Origin: Eledone cirrhosa
Lineage: Eukaryota
Length of the DNA stretch: 64,000 bases
Assembly (NCBI GenBank): GCA_964016885.1
Contig: OZ024744.1
Coordinates: 96,658,001 to 96,722,000 of the forward strand
Direction of reading: 5' to 3'
The stretch's first letter is position 1, and every line of letters starts with the position of its first letter. The position numbers were made by a program, and so were the translations under genes. The notes under the pieces were generated by a model. That model did no database searches and was not told the DNA's origin. It saw nothing but the letters and a program-made list of their open reading frames with translations. Positions 1 to 14,583 of the stretch are shown here, one piece after another.

Positions 1-74
1 ACTGTATGTAAAATCCCCGGCATGTGTCTCTATATTGTCCCCTTTTCTTGTGCGCCCTTGTGACAAATAAAGAA

Positions 75-124
<50 letters not shown>
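1..124 (+). mobile_element. 3' end of a Tx1-like LINE with (CTAT)n tail
   Basis: TATTGTCCCC...GCCCTTGTGACAAATAAAGAAATC resembles the reverse complement of the Tx1 3' end at ~40275-40330 and runs into a simple repeat. Confidence 0.55.
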
Positions 125-346
125 ATATTTATTTCCCTCTCCCTCTCTCTCTATCTATATCTGTACACACACACACATACTCACATATATACACAAACAT
201 AATATATATCATATATGTGCATATATATACATATAAATATAGTATGTATATTATTTATGTATAAGGCCTTCAATAATTACTTTGCGTTTGTTCTAGGTAT
301 ATCTACGTTCAGATTTATGTATTTTACGGTCTTACTTCCTTATTTG

Positions 347-403
<57 letters not shown>

Positions 404-405
<2 letters not shown>

Positions 406-483
406 CGAAGGCAGTGTGGTAAGGAACCAGATGGACCATAACGCACCAGAGTACTCAATACTTAGGGTAGTAGAGTGGGTAAT
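404..483 (-). repeat. short interspersed repeat between (TA)n tracts, probable PLE terminal fragment
   Basis: Homologous in opposite orientation to 19522-19602; carries the GTACTCAATA motif also seen at 63437 and 63673. Confidence 0.55.
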
Positions 484-913
484 ATATGTATATATATATA
501 TATATATATGTAGGAGGTGAGTTTTATTGTGAAACAATATATATTTTTCTCAGTTATAAAGGCTATCTCTCTCTTTCTATCACCCATCTTTCCTCCTATC
601 TCATCCTTCCTTATTATACTCCTCCCCCACCATTCTTTACTCTCATCTCCTCCTCTTTTTCATCCCCCCCCCCCTCATTTTTTTCCCAATATCACACATC
701 AATCTTAAATTACGTTTCATATGTTGATTTAAAACTGCACTATTCACAAGTGTTTTTTAACCTTCATATCATGTCTCCCTATTTTATCTGACGAAAACGC
801 AAATGTCATCTCATGATGATATTTGTTTTTGAAATGCGCATAATAAAATACATGGAACTCTTTTAACCATCTTTTGATCTTATATTATATATATATATAG
901 TTTTAATATAGAT

Positions 914-965
914 GAGATTCTACAGGACTAGAACTGTTTTATTCTTGAGAAATCATCAAGAATCT
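914..965 (-). ncRNA. degenerate hammerhead ribozyme (same family as 63526-63582)
   Basis: Minus strand AGATTC-TTGATGA-tttctcaagaat-AAA-ACAG ttctagtc CTGT-A-GAATCT; core positions C3 and G12 are mutated. Confidence 0.5.
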
Positions 966-1041
966 GGAATATATATATATATTAGAAAGTGAGGTTATTT
1001 TACAAAATGAAAAAAAAACGAGGTGTCCTACACGAGTGAAA

Positions 1042-1321
1042 GTATAAGGAAAAAAGATGAAATCGAAAATGCAACTCGAGTCTTTTTTTTTATATATTTA
1101 TTTGGTTCCTTTACCGGTTTCGCAGTTCTTGTGCAAAAGTAGAGTTGAGATGGAGGGTTTGTGGTTTTTCTCACATCTGATGTATGTGAGAAAAATCACA
1201 AACCCTCCATCTCAACTCTACTTTTGAAAAGCACAAGAACTGCGAAACCGGTAAAGGAACCAAATAAATATATTAAAAAAAAAACTCCAGTTGCATTTTC
1301 GATTTCATCTTTTTTCCTCAT

Positions 1322-1323
<2 letters not shown>
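1042..1323. repeat. foldback inverted repeat (~135-bp arms, 7-nt loop) with a degenerate hammerhead, PLE-derived
   Basis: 1042-1176 is the reverse complement of 1184-1323; right arm has CTT-TTGAAAA-GCA caagaac TGC-GAAA-CCGG-TA-AAG. Confidence 0.75.
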
Positions 1324-1356
<33 letters not shown>

Positions 1357-1361
<5 letters not shown>

Positions 1362-3040
1362 ACAGGGGGGAAGAAAAAATGGCTTCACTTGTGCTTTCAA
1401 CAAATTTATTTTCTTCACAAAATCCAAAAAGAATTTTTTTCCGGATTAGAAAAAAAAAATTTGTTTCCCTTAAAAAAAGTTATTTTATAAATTAAGTTAG
1501 GTCTTAGGAGTTCTTGGTTAACGTAGGAGGTATTGTTTCGTTTTTAGAACGACCTTTCACGCTGAGGTGCGCTTGTCAAACTGATGTGTATGTGGTGTGT
1601 TGTTCTATATATAGGGATTTGACATGTCTGTGGTGTGGTGGTGGGGGGGGGGGGGGTTTCTCCCCCTTTTTAATAAGTGTATGGGTGTAGGTGTGTTGAA
1701 AAAGTGTTAATAGCAGTAATGAGTTGAGACGGTGAGTAGGGTTGGGTGGGGAGAAATGTAGCAAGTGCGGCCTGCCCCGGTCATTCTCGAATAATTCCTT
1801 TATTCAGGGGATTCCTTTGTGTTGAGAATGGTCACAGGCAAATCCCACCTGCCAAGTTTGTAAACAATTATTTTTTTCTGAAGAATTTTTCTACGTCCAT
1901 CCCAAAATTAGTCCTTTGTTCAACACACACATATGTGCGTATATACGTACATACACACACGGGCATATGTAGGAATATATAGGCACACACCATCAATCAC
2001 ACACCCATGTACATATACATCCACATACATACACAAAAACATATAAAGACACATACAAAAAGACATATACACATACGTACACACACGAATATGTACTCAT
2101 ACCTCCACATGGGTATATATATATATACATACATACATATACATACATATACACACATAAAGATACATAACTAAATATACATATATACCCATACACGCAC
2201 ACATACACACACACACACACACACGTGTACACACACACACACACACATATATACATATGTCCGTATATATACCTCCGTTCACACATACATGCTTACACAC
2301 ACACACACATACACACATACATATATATATACACATATATGTTTTTGTATGTGTCTTTATATGTTTTTGTGTATATATGTGGATGTATATGTACATGGGT
2401 GTGTGATTGATGGTGTGTGCCTATATATTCCTACATATGCCCGTGTGTGTATGTACGTATATACGCACATATGTGTGTGTTGAACAAAGGAATAATTTTG
2501 GGATGGACGTAGAAAAATTCTTCAGAAAAAAATAATTGTTTACAAACTTGGCAGGTGCGATTTGCCTGTGACCATTCTCAACACAAAGGAATCCCCTGAA
2601 TAAAAGAATTTTTCGAGAATGACCGGGGCAGGCCGCACTTGCTACATTTCTCCCCACCCAACCCTACTCACCGTCTCAATTCATTACTGCTATTAACACT
2701 TTTTCAACACACCTACACTCATACACTTATTAAAAAGGAGGAGAACCCCCCCCCCCCCTTCACACCACAGACATGCCAAATCCCTATATATAGAACAACA
2801 CACCACATACACATCAGTTTGACAAGCGCACCTCAGCGTGAAAGGTCGTTTTAAAAACGAAACAATACCTCCTACGTTAACCAAGAACTCCTAAGACCTA
2901 ACTTAATTTATAAAATAATTTTTTTTAAGGGAAAAAAAAAATTTATTTGCTAATCCGGAAAAAAATTCTTTTTGGATTTTGTGAAGAAAATAAATTTGTT
3001 GAAAGCACAAGTGAAGCCATTTTTTCTTCCCCCTGTCTTA
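1357..3040. repeat. long inverted repeat (~720-bp arms, CA-rich spacer), probably PLE-derived
   Basis: 1357-~2075 matches the reverse complement of ~2330-3040; near-identical ORF translations on opposite strands (1746..1982+ vs 2421..2657-). Confidence 0.85.
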
Positions 3041-3074
3041 ATATACCTAACTGTACCAAGGATTACACACATTT

Positions 3075-3131
<57 letters not shown>

Positions 3132-3756
3132 CGTGTGTGTGTGTATGTGTGTGTGTGTGTGTGTATATATGCTGCATCGGGATTCTATCGGACAGAATAG
3201 ATAAACGTTGTCCAGATTAATGTACAACTATTTTAGAATAATGTCTATGATTTTTTTAATTTTAAAAAAGATTCCAATTATAAAGTTTACTTTAGTTAGA
3301 CAGACGTAAAAGTGAGTTAGTATGATAAAAAACGTTGTGTATGTTTAAAGACATCTAAAAGTAATGTGGTATGATAAATATTTATCTTAAATTAAATATA
3401 CAGGGTGAGAATAAAAACTTTGAAACTACAAAATACACTGAGATTTTTGTTTCATTTTGTTATTGAAAATTAAAACTACTTCCTGTAGAAGAGAACATAT
3501 AAAACATGTTCAGAAAAACTTGAAACTTGAGATTTATGATTTAAAACAATGAAATAGTAAACAATGAAATAGTAAATTCTCAAATAGTATCTGAGATATG
3601 GTATTTTTAATCAGGGAAAGACTTTATGCTCATCGTATATAACATATGCGTGATGAAAGCATTATCAGTATTTATGGTTGCACACAATTTATTTCATATG
3701 ATAAGAAAATATAGGTAAAACCTTGAAGTTTTCTTTCTTGAATTGATATACAATAA

Positions 3757-4293
3757 TATTTCTAGTATAGGCACAAGGCCAGTAATTTGGGGGAGGGATA
3801 AGTCGATTAAATCGACCCCTGTGTGTGACTGGTACTTTATTTCATTGACCCCGTAAAGATGAAAGGCAAAGATAACCTCGGCGTGATTTGAACTCAGACC
3901 GTAAAGGACCGTAACTCTATGCTGCATAACATTATTGAATAGATATACTATAATGGTTTCTCATATAGGCACAAGACCAGTGATTTTTTTTTTTTGGGGG
4001 GGGGGAGTCGATTAAATCGCCCCCAGTGCGTTACTGTTACTTTATTTTATCGGTCCTGCAAGGATGAAAGGCAAAGTTAACCACAGCGTGATTTGAACTC
4101 AGATCACAAAGGGCCGTAACTCTATGCTGCAAAGCATGCCGTCCTACCCTCTGCTGATACTGCCAATCCACTGCTCTGAATAGATAGATATACAATAATT
4201 GTTTCTACTTTTGGCACAAGGCCAGCAAATTACCCAGTACATTACTGGTACTTTATTTTATCGACCCCGTAAGGATGAAAGGCAAAGTTAACC
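3757..4293 (-). mobile_element. three copies of tRNA-derived SINE family A
   Basis: Conserved body GCCTTTCATCCTTACGGGGTCGATAAAATAAAGTACCAG on the minus strand, B box GAGTTCAAATC, AGAAAC(ATT)n tail. Confidence 0.85.
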
Positions 4294-4324
4294 TATACAA
4301 TAATGAAAATATTAACATTAAAAA

Positions 4325-4355
<31 letters not shown>

Positions 4356-4600
4356 TATAAGAGGGAAACAAAGAAAAAGAAAAAAAGAAAAGGGAAAGAG
4401 AATACACTCTGAGTGTGCGTTTATTTCAGCTATATTATGAAGACAAAATGACAACAGCGACACCAGCTACATCTACCAGTCCATCTCATTCATGAGAAAT
4501 GCTGATAAATTTATTAAGAACCCACACACACAGTAATCTAATACTTATTTATTTAATCTAATCTTTATTTAGACAACAATTCCTATATATATAATCACAC

Positions 4601-4661
<61 letters not shown>

Positions 4662-4673
4662 TATATATGTGTG

Positions 4674-4723
<50 letters not shown>

Positions 4724-4726
<3 letters not shown>

Positions 4727-4942
4727 GATCGATCGACTTTCGTCAAATCGGACCGAGGAGACAATGTTTCCGTCGGTCTTTCCAGTTGCTAGTACTATCT
4801 ATCGGTCGCAACTCCAGGTAGAAGGAGCAACGTGAAATAAAGTGTCTTGCCCGAGGACATAACGCATCGCCCGGTCCACGAATCGAACTCACAACCTCAA
4901 GATTGTGAATCCAATTCTCTAACCAATCAGCCACACGCCTTC
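4724..4942 (-). mobile_element. tRNA-derived CORE-type SINE family B
   Basis: A box TGGCTGATTGG, B box GTTCGATTC, CORE-like CCTCGGGCAAGACACTT; homologous to 55803-56020. Confidence 0.85.
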
Positions 4943-4957
4943 ATATATATGTGTGTG

Positions 4958-5005
<48 letters not shown>

Positions 5006-5052
5006 TATGTGTGTGTATATATATATGTATATATATATATATTATATATATA

Positions 5053-5140
<88 letters not shown>

Positions 5141-5686
5141 AAAGCGCAGACATTGTGCTATTTTTCGTATTTTATTAATTCTGTTCTTAATTTGAATTAA
5201 TTGAATATTTTGACGCAAGCTCCACATTTCTAATTAATTAATCATTCCATTAAAGACAGCATATATTATATATGTATATGTGTGTGTGTGTAAGTGTGCG
5301 TGTATATGTATATGTGTGCGTGCGTCTGTGCATGTGGTTTGGGTGCGTGCATGTGTGCGTGCACGAGTGTGTGTTTGTGCCTGCGGTTGCGTTTGTGTGT
5401 GTATATGTAATAAGTTGTCAAGTATCAAGTTTATAGAAATTTGTAGAAAAAAGAGAAACCTCTACAAATTTCATACTTGATGACACGATACAACTCTTTC
5501 GTTAAGCAGTTAGCGACACCCACCCACTCGACTCTTCCTCATTTGTCCCAGCGAAATATCGAGGACGTTGCATTTGAAAGGGAACAGCGCTTAACCAGCA
5601 CTGGGTTGGTACTTTCTTTATACCCCCCCCCCCCCCAAGGGAGAAATGGACCTCGGTGGAATTTTAAGTCAGAACTCTACTGCCTA

Positions 5687-5828
5687 TATTCGGAAGAAAT
5701 CATCGTGATTTCTCCCGAATGAACCAGATCTTGTCCTGTAGAAGCCATTTCTACATTACATATTTATACTCTGCTATGTATTGAGTACCTTACTAACTCT
5801 GGTTACCCCCGATTGAACCCGGGATAAA
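5687..5828 (+). repeat. decayed PLE terminal fragment with small 5' foldback
   Basis: 5767-5826 matches the reverse complement of 63398-63460; ATTCGGAAGAAATCA-tcg-TGATTTCTCCCGAAT palindrome over a decayed hammerhead. Confidence 0.6.
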
Positions 5829-5846
5829 CATATATATACATATATA

Positions 5847-6731
5847 CGAGGTGTGTCAGAAAAGTTCCAGGACTGATGTCATAAAAGATTGATTTCAAAC
5901 CCAAACTTCACACTAAGAGTTTTCTCCTTCAAAGTAATCCCTCTGGAGTATGTAACTGTAATCTAAGCTCTCTGCAGCGATCAAACCTTTTTCTTCATCA
6001 TTTTATATACATGTCCTCTGTTTCAGGTCGTCAAGCAATGAGCACAGAGCAACGAACAAACTTGAAGTTTCTGGTACGGTTGGGGAAAACTCCGTCAGGA
6101 GCACTGGGATTGCTGCAGCAAGTGTATGGAGATGAGACGATGTCACGCTCACGTGTTTTTGAGTGGTGCAAGATGACCCCAGGAGCGAAAGGTCCTCAAC
6201 GACCAGGACTGAGGTCAACGTTGAGCGCATCAGGCAGATGGCGCGTAGCGATCGTCGGCTGACTGTTCGACTGATGGCAAATGAGCTGGGCATGAATAGG
6301 GACAACGTCTGGAAGATTCTCACTGAAGATTTGGACTTGCGGAAAGTCTGTGCGAAGATGGTGCCAAAACTGCTGAACGATGACCAGAAGGGTTGGCGCA
6401 TGCAAGTGTACCAGGACATCTTCGAGCGTTTTGAAACTGAACCAGACTTTCTAGGGACAGTCATCACCGGTGATGAGTCATGGATCTTCGAGTACGACTC
6501 GGAGGCGACCCGTTTTGAAGACGTGAACGACATCAAAAAGGCCGTGACGACGGAACTGCGGAAGGTCCCGGAAGAATCCTTCCAGGAGTGCATGCAAGAG
6601 TGGCAGAAAAGGATGGAAAAGTGCATTAGGCTCCAGGGGATTAATTTGAAGGAGAAAACTCTTAGTGTGAAGTTTGGGTTTGAAATAAATCTTTTGTGAC
6701 ATCAGTCCTGGAACTTTTCTGACACACTTCG
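5847..6731 (+). mobile_element. internally deleted mariner (Tc1/mariner) transposon with ~100-bp TIRs
   Basis: TIR CGA(G/A)GTGTGTCAGAAAAGTTCCAGGACTGATGTC..., TA on both flanks; transposase motifs KVCAKMVPKLL and ITGDESWIFEYD. Confidence 0.92.
6038..6660 (+). pseudogene. mariner transposase pseudogene (frameshifted, catalytic region deleted)
   Basis: HTH N-terminus EQRTNLKFLVRLGKT...; TGDESW...YDSE joined directly to C-terminal RFEDVNDIK, so the second and third catalytic Asp are absent. Confidence 0.85.
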
Positions 6732-6792
6732 TATATATTAGAAAAAACGAGGAAGTTTCGTTTGCACCACCAGGAATTCAATGAATCATCTA

Positions 6793-6845
<53 letters not shown>

Positions 6846-6906
6846 TACATAAATACATTCACACACGTATGTATGTATGTATGTATGTATGTATGTATGT
6901 ATGTAT

Positions 6907-7514
6907 GTCGCCAACGACCCGACCTGTCTCATGGTCGGGTCGTTGGCGACTAAACTGGCAACCCCACCAAGGTTTCTTGGTGAGGAGGGTGACTTTGGAC
7001 ATCCTGCAGGACTAAAAACAAAACCTGTCAAAGGGCAAAGGAGCTCTTAAGAGTCAATGGCCATCCAAAATCACCGGGAGAGATGACCCCTTTAGCCTTA
7101 GTCAAGGCAGAATTCTAGGAGAAGGAAAACTCTGATATAACACCTGCAACCCTGATGGTATCCAATGATGTTGACTTGTTCTTCTTTTTGGTAAATAGCA
7201 TCTTGGTTAAGAGAGTGGGACTGGCTTTGTGCAGTGCCTTTGCTCACTATAAAAGCTTCACGGCACAGGCATTGCTTTATATCTGGAGATCTCTCTGCAC
7301 TTGTCCTCACATGGGCCCAGCACTATGTGTCAATGGTTGTCCTACCATGGGCCTAGCACTATGTGTCAATGATTGTCACAGGTGTAGTGTTTGTACCAGA
7401 GGTTTCAAGTCGCTGGCTGGACTAAAAAGTCACACTCGTTCAGCGCTTCGGTAGGGGTTATCCTACATGGATGTAAAGTAGTGGCCGTACTCGAAAACGA
7501 GTTGGCAGCCACCA
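6907..7514 (+). mobile_element. non-autonomous bipartite RTE-derived element, 5' truncated, (ATGT)n tail
   Basis: RTE 5' motif CTAGGAGAAGGAAAACTCTGA; C2H2-like 3' remnant CSVCTRGFKSLAGLKSHTR; homologous to 23813-24419. Confidence 0.75.
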
Positions 7515-7544
7515 TGTATGTATGTATGTATGTATGTATGTATG

Positions 7545-7615
<71 letters not shown>

Positions 7616-8060
7616 CTGTGTCTCTGTGTGTGTGTCTGTGTGTATGTGTATGTGTGTGTCTGTGTGTGTGTCTATGTTTGTGTATGTATGTGGATGTATG
7701 TGAATGAAACCCAGTTCATATTTTTTTTAAATTTCATATTAACAAAAAACAAAAACTCATATAATATTATTTACTGAGCGACTGAATAGTAAAATCAATA
7801 AATTGATGCTTGTCTCACTTTGTGAATTCTTCTGAGATTGGCGGCAACTTTATGTATGAAGACCATAAGAAGTAATGTATTGATTACAATAGCCATTAAC
7901 GATTCTTTATGTCTTCTGAGATAGATATACTATCACAAATGGGCGGAATTAATTGTTTTCACTGTTTATCCTTTGGCCAGTCTTGATTGAATTTCACCCA
8001 CGATAAAAATTCGTTCCAGGTATAACCTTGCCAGTTTTTGTCCAAGAATATATCCAATGA

Positions 8061-8475
8061 GTGGAAGGGCGTGGCCTAGTGGTAAGTGAGTTGAACTAAC
8101 GATCATAATATCGTGGGTTCGATCCTTAAACTGGATTGTGTGTTGTGTTCTTGGGCAAAACACTTTATTTCACATTGCTCCTGTATACTCAGTGGAGCCG
8201 TGTGGCCTAGTGGTGAGGGTGTTGGACTTATGATCATAATGTTGTGGGTTCAATTCCTGTGCTGGGTTGTGTATTGTGTTCTTGAGAAAAACACTTCATT
8301 TCACATTGCTCCAGTATACTCAGCTGAACATGAGTACCAGCAATAGCTGGTGAGCTAAACCTTCCATGATTTGGCGTCCTGTCCAGGGGGAAGTCATGTA
8401 CTCTCAGTCACTTCATACCACATAAACTGGGATAAGAACTGGCCTGGTGAGCCTTCTGGCTTGAGACAGACTTTT
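8061..8475 (+). mobile_element. CORE-type SINE with duplicated tRNA head
   Basis: Two ~131-bp head units (8061, 8192) with TGGCCTAGTGG A boxes, then a body homologous to 62890-63050. Confidence 0.8.
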
Positions 8476-8934
8476 CTTTATATCCAATGTGACCATATTT
8501 TGAGGTAGCGTGTGATTTGAGGGAAAATTTGGCTTCTATTTCTAGCAAGTCGAGTGATTTTGGAGTTGTTTTATTTTTGGCTCGAAATATAGTTTTGTTT
8601 TCATTTTAAAGAATGACAACTTTTAAATTGTAATAATTTTCATGTATTTTAAGTTAGAATAATGATTTCTAATACAACTAAATGCTTAAATGCTAAATCA
8701 AATTCATTTTGACTAAATTCAAAACATCCTATATTTTTGGAGAAAAGAAACAGAAAATATTTGGAATTAATGTTATTTTTGAATGACATTAACGGTTTTA
8801 ATAAAACAAGAAAATAATAATAATAAAAGAAATAAATAATCTAAAAAAAATCGACACATATTTATCAATCTCCTCTCAGACTTTGCGTGTCCATCTCTCG
8901 CCTCCCAGGACAGATCGCAGGCCCATCGCCAAGG

Positions 8935-9152
8935 CCTCCATTGGGGATCCAGCCGGATCGGTTGGAGACGGTTGCCTATAGGTAAGGAACAGGAACTAGT
9001 GGAGGAGGCTTGATGGTACCCGCTAGATATAGTCGGGGGATTCCTCAACAAACCGGCAGGGACCCAGCGGTAGACCCCGAGCAAGATGGTTTGAAAACCT
9101 CCATGAGTTTGACTGGTCTCGCTTGGGGATCCAGCCGGATCAGTTGGAGATG
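8935..9152 (+). mobile_element. rearranged RTE LINE 3' coding fragments
   Basis: Translates as GRPRARWFENLHEFDWSRLGIQPDQLE (RTE C-terminus type); TTGGGGATCCAGCCGGATC occurs twice here and inverted at ~16485. Confidence 0.6.
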
Positions 9153-9417
9153 GAGATTTAAAATATCTAACGATTTGAACACATATATGTATATATCTGT
9201 GTTTATCTCTATTTTATATTCAATTATAATATACGGCTCGGAAAAATCTCTTTCCTAGAGCTATTTTATTTAAGAGACTATTTTGAGTTTCTAACTCAAT
9301 ATATACCTTTGATATATTATAATTGATCTTAATTTACCATGACTTCACGTTTGTCATAAAGGCATTTTTACACACGTATATGCTACCTACACTCTTTGTC
9401 CATTATAGCTTCAAATA

Positions 9418-9640
9418 GGGCGGTGGATTGGCAGTATCGGTAGAGGGCCAGACGCCATGCTTTGCAGCATAGAGTTACGGCCCTCTATGATCTGAGTTCA
9501 ATTCCCACCAAGGTTAACTTTGCCTTTCATCCTTACGGGGGGGTCGATAAAATAAAGCGCCAGTAATGCACTGGGGTAGATTTAATCGACTTTCCCCTCC
9601 CCCAAAATGACTGGCCTTGTGCCTATATAAGAAACCATTA
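9418..9640 (+). mobile_element. full-length SINE family A with TSD
   Basis: Starts GGGCGGTGGATTGGCAG; flanked by direct repeat ATTATAGCTTCAAATA. Confidence 0.9.
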
Positions 9641-9952
9641 TAGCTTCAAATATTCAAATATCATTGTATATTTACACTAGCTGATCCTGCACCTGACCCT
9701 TCAAACCTACCTCGAGCAATGCTTCCTGAAAACTACTCTACAATCTTCACCCCTAATCTAACACTGTCTATCCGACATTCCAGTACATCTTCATCTTCAT
9801 ATTACTTATTAAATCCAGCTTAAATCGATTTTGCCTTTTATCTTTCTGGAGATCGATAAATAAGTGCTAGTCAAGTACAGAGATCAAAATTCTCCATTTG
9901 ATCCCTCCATCTAAATCTAAATTACTGGTATTATGTTCACGTTAGAAATGAT

Positions 9953-10163
9953 TACAGGAGGGTCGGCTGAAAAGTTCATAGGCTGAATATGAAAGATTGA
10001 TGCTAGAGCTGTGAAATTTTGCATACATTAATTTTAACACTTCTTATTAATGACTGCATCGTCTCTTTTCAGGGAATATGTTGAAAAATAAACCCCAAAC
10101 CTCATTTGGTCATTCCATGAGAGTATCTTGGTCAATATATGAACTTTTTAACGAACTCTCGTA
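9953..10163. mobile_element. mariner-type MITE (related partial copy at ~13250-13582)
   Basis: Imperfect TIR GGTCGGCTGAAAAGTTCATA / TATGAACTTTTTAACGAACTCTCG with TA flanks. Confidence 0.6.
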
Positions 10164-10383
10164 TATACATTATCATCACTAGCAGAAAACCCACCCTTTG
10201 GGCGGTTTTCTGCTAGCATATGTAGTGTGTATATTGATACTATACGCAAGTATATATACATGTAGATAGAATACATCAAATAAAATCGTAATTGACAATA
10301 TAAACAGAAATAGAACGAAGACGTTGTTACACTGTCTTATGTAATCAGTAACGTAATCCATGATGCATTAAAAAAAGACGATA

Positions 10384-12482
<2,099 letters not shown>

Positions 12483-13195
12483 TCTAATATATATTTGTGA
12501 AATGGGTGGTGGTTGAAATTCAGATGTGCACGGTTAAATGGTAGTAGACCTGGTCGGACGGACATGAACATTTACACACCTATGTAAAAAGTGCCAAGGA
12601 AGCAAATAGACGAGGTTTCAAATCTCTAACGTGAAAAATGTGGTCCCTAGGGCCCCCAAACGGTCTATTTACTGAGTTATTTCCCCCTGTTCTAATACTT
12701 GGATGAGTTATTTACAATTTCATACACATGTTTAAACTCATCAACGTTCTTTCGCTGTTAACATACAGTACCAATAATTTGAAAAATATTATTGAAAGTT
12801 TATTATAAAGAAGCAGTTTCAGAAAAAAAAAAATAGAAATATGCACATGGGGCTGGACGGCGTACAATGAGAAATGGAGCGACGTGAAAAGCGTTGTTTA
12901 TTAACAGCGAAATAGCAATGTCGATGATATGCAAGTTTGAAAATGCAGATTAATAAACTGTTGCCTTCTACAGTACGTTTCATTTTCACAGTACCGTTTT
13001 ATGAATTCGATTCTGCAGTACGGTCACTGTTTTCCCTCAAAAGAAATAAAACCCTTAAATTGCGAAGAGGGACGCGTGTTTTTATCAGTAAGTAGTATTT
13101 TTCAAATTGCATATCATCGACATTGCTATTTCGCTGTTAATAAACAACGCATTTCACGTCGCTCCACTTCTCATTGTACGCCGTCCAGCCCCAGA
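12483..13195 (+). mobile_element. second, 3'-truncated and rearranged copy of the same Helitron
   Basis: TCTAATATATATTTGTGAAATGGG begins directly after CTAG and parallels 10384-10600; internal inverted repeat ~12850-12934 / ~13108-13192. Confidence 0.7.
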
Positions 13196-13861
13196 GTTTG
13201 ATGACTTTGTGTTGTGGTTCTTCCTTCTGTGTATTTTGTCCTTCAAGGTGGCTATGAAGGAGTGATGCTAGAGCTGTGAAATCTTGCATGCATTAATTTC
13301 AACTCATCTTATTAATAACTACATTGTTTCTTTCCAAGGATTATGTTGAAATATAACCCTCATTTGGTCATTCCATGAGAGTATCTTGGTCATTCTATGA
13401 AGGAGTTATGCGAGAACTTGTGAAATCCTGCATTGCGTCAATTTCAACTCTTTTTTTTATTAGTAATTGCATTGCTTCTTTTCAGAGACTATGGAAAAAT
13501 AAACCCCCAAACCTCATTTGGTCATTCCATGAGAATGTCTTGGTCAGTCTATGAACTTTGAACTTTTAGGCTGACTCTCATATATAGAAGAATTTAACAC
13601 ACGTCATTCTTAATTGAATTCTTAATTTTAGAGATTTCTGTATTTAAAAGAGTTACTTCAAGATTGCAGTCTGCAAGTGTTGTTGCTTGGTAACATAACA
13701 GTGCATGAAAAGAGTAGCGATATATTTTATGTATGAACCTGTCTTAACATAAACCTATTCACTGGAGGCCTATATAGGTACACATGCATACACAATTATT
13801 TAAATGTTCATTCCATTATATTTTCATTATGTCTTTGTATTCTCTTTCCGTTTGGTGAATA

Positions 13862-13963
13862 TAAAACAAAAACAACAACAACAACGACAACAACAACAGC
13901 AACACCACCACCAACAACAACAACAACAGCAACATCAACAACACCACCACCACCACCACTACC

Positions 13964-13994
<31 letters not shown>

Positions 13995-14176
13995 GCAACT
14001 ACAACAACAACAACCATCACCAACACCACCCCCACCAACAACAGCAACAACAACAATAACAGCAACATCAACAATAACAGCAACATCAACAGCAGCACCA
14101 TCACCACTACCAACAGCAACAACAACAACAGCAACAACAATAGCAGCAACAACAACAACAACAACAACAACAACAG

Positions 14177-14210
<34 letters not shown>

Positions 14211-14290
14211 CAATAATAGCAGCAACAACAGCAACTACAGCAGCAACAACAACAACAACCACCACAACCACAACCACAACAGTAACAACG
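13862..14290. repeat. (CAA/CAC/CAG)n trinucleotide microsatellite
   Basis: Visible directly in the sequence. Confidence 0.95.
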
Positions 14291-14423
14291 TCAGATATCA
14301 AAAGATAAAGTAATAAGAGCAGATAGAGAATGAAGCTCTTGCTGTTCCCAAGATGCAAGTGTTGACGTCAGCTATGGAAGCTTCCCACATTTTATGAATA
14401 CTTAGCAGAGCGCGAATGAATTT

Positions 14424-14551
14424 AAAAAAAAAAAAAATTACAAAAATTACAAAAACAAACAAGCAAAAAAAACAACAAAATAGGACAAAAAATGAAAATA
14501 ATAAAACAAAATACAAAAACAAACAAGCAAAGAAACAACTACAAAAAAGAC

Positions 14552-14583
<32 letters not shown>

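Noticed and set aside
3619-3672. Decayed minus-strand hammerhead (CTGATAA...GCATAAAG); similar trace at 63955-63992
   Set aside because: Several core substitutions and no second copy to support it
8880-8980. Possible host exon (CAG...GTAAG)
   Set aside because: Overlaps RTE C-terminal sequence repeated at 9121 and 16485
13804-14313. Poly-Q/H/T/N ORF resembling a transcription-factor exon
   Set aside because: Entirely trinucleotide microsatellite with no domain
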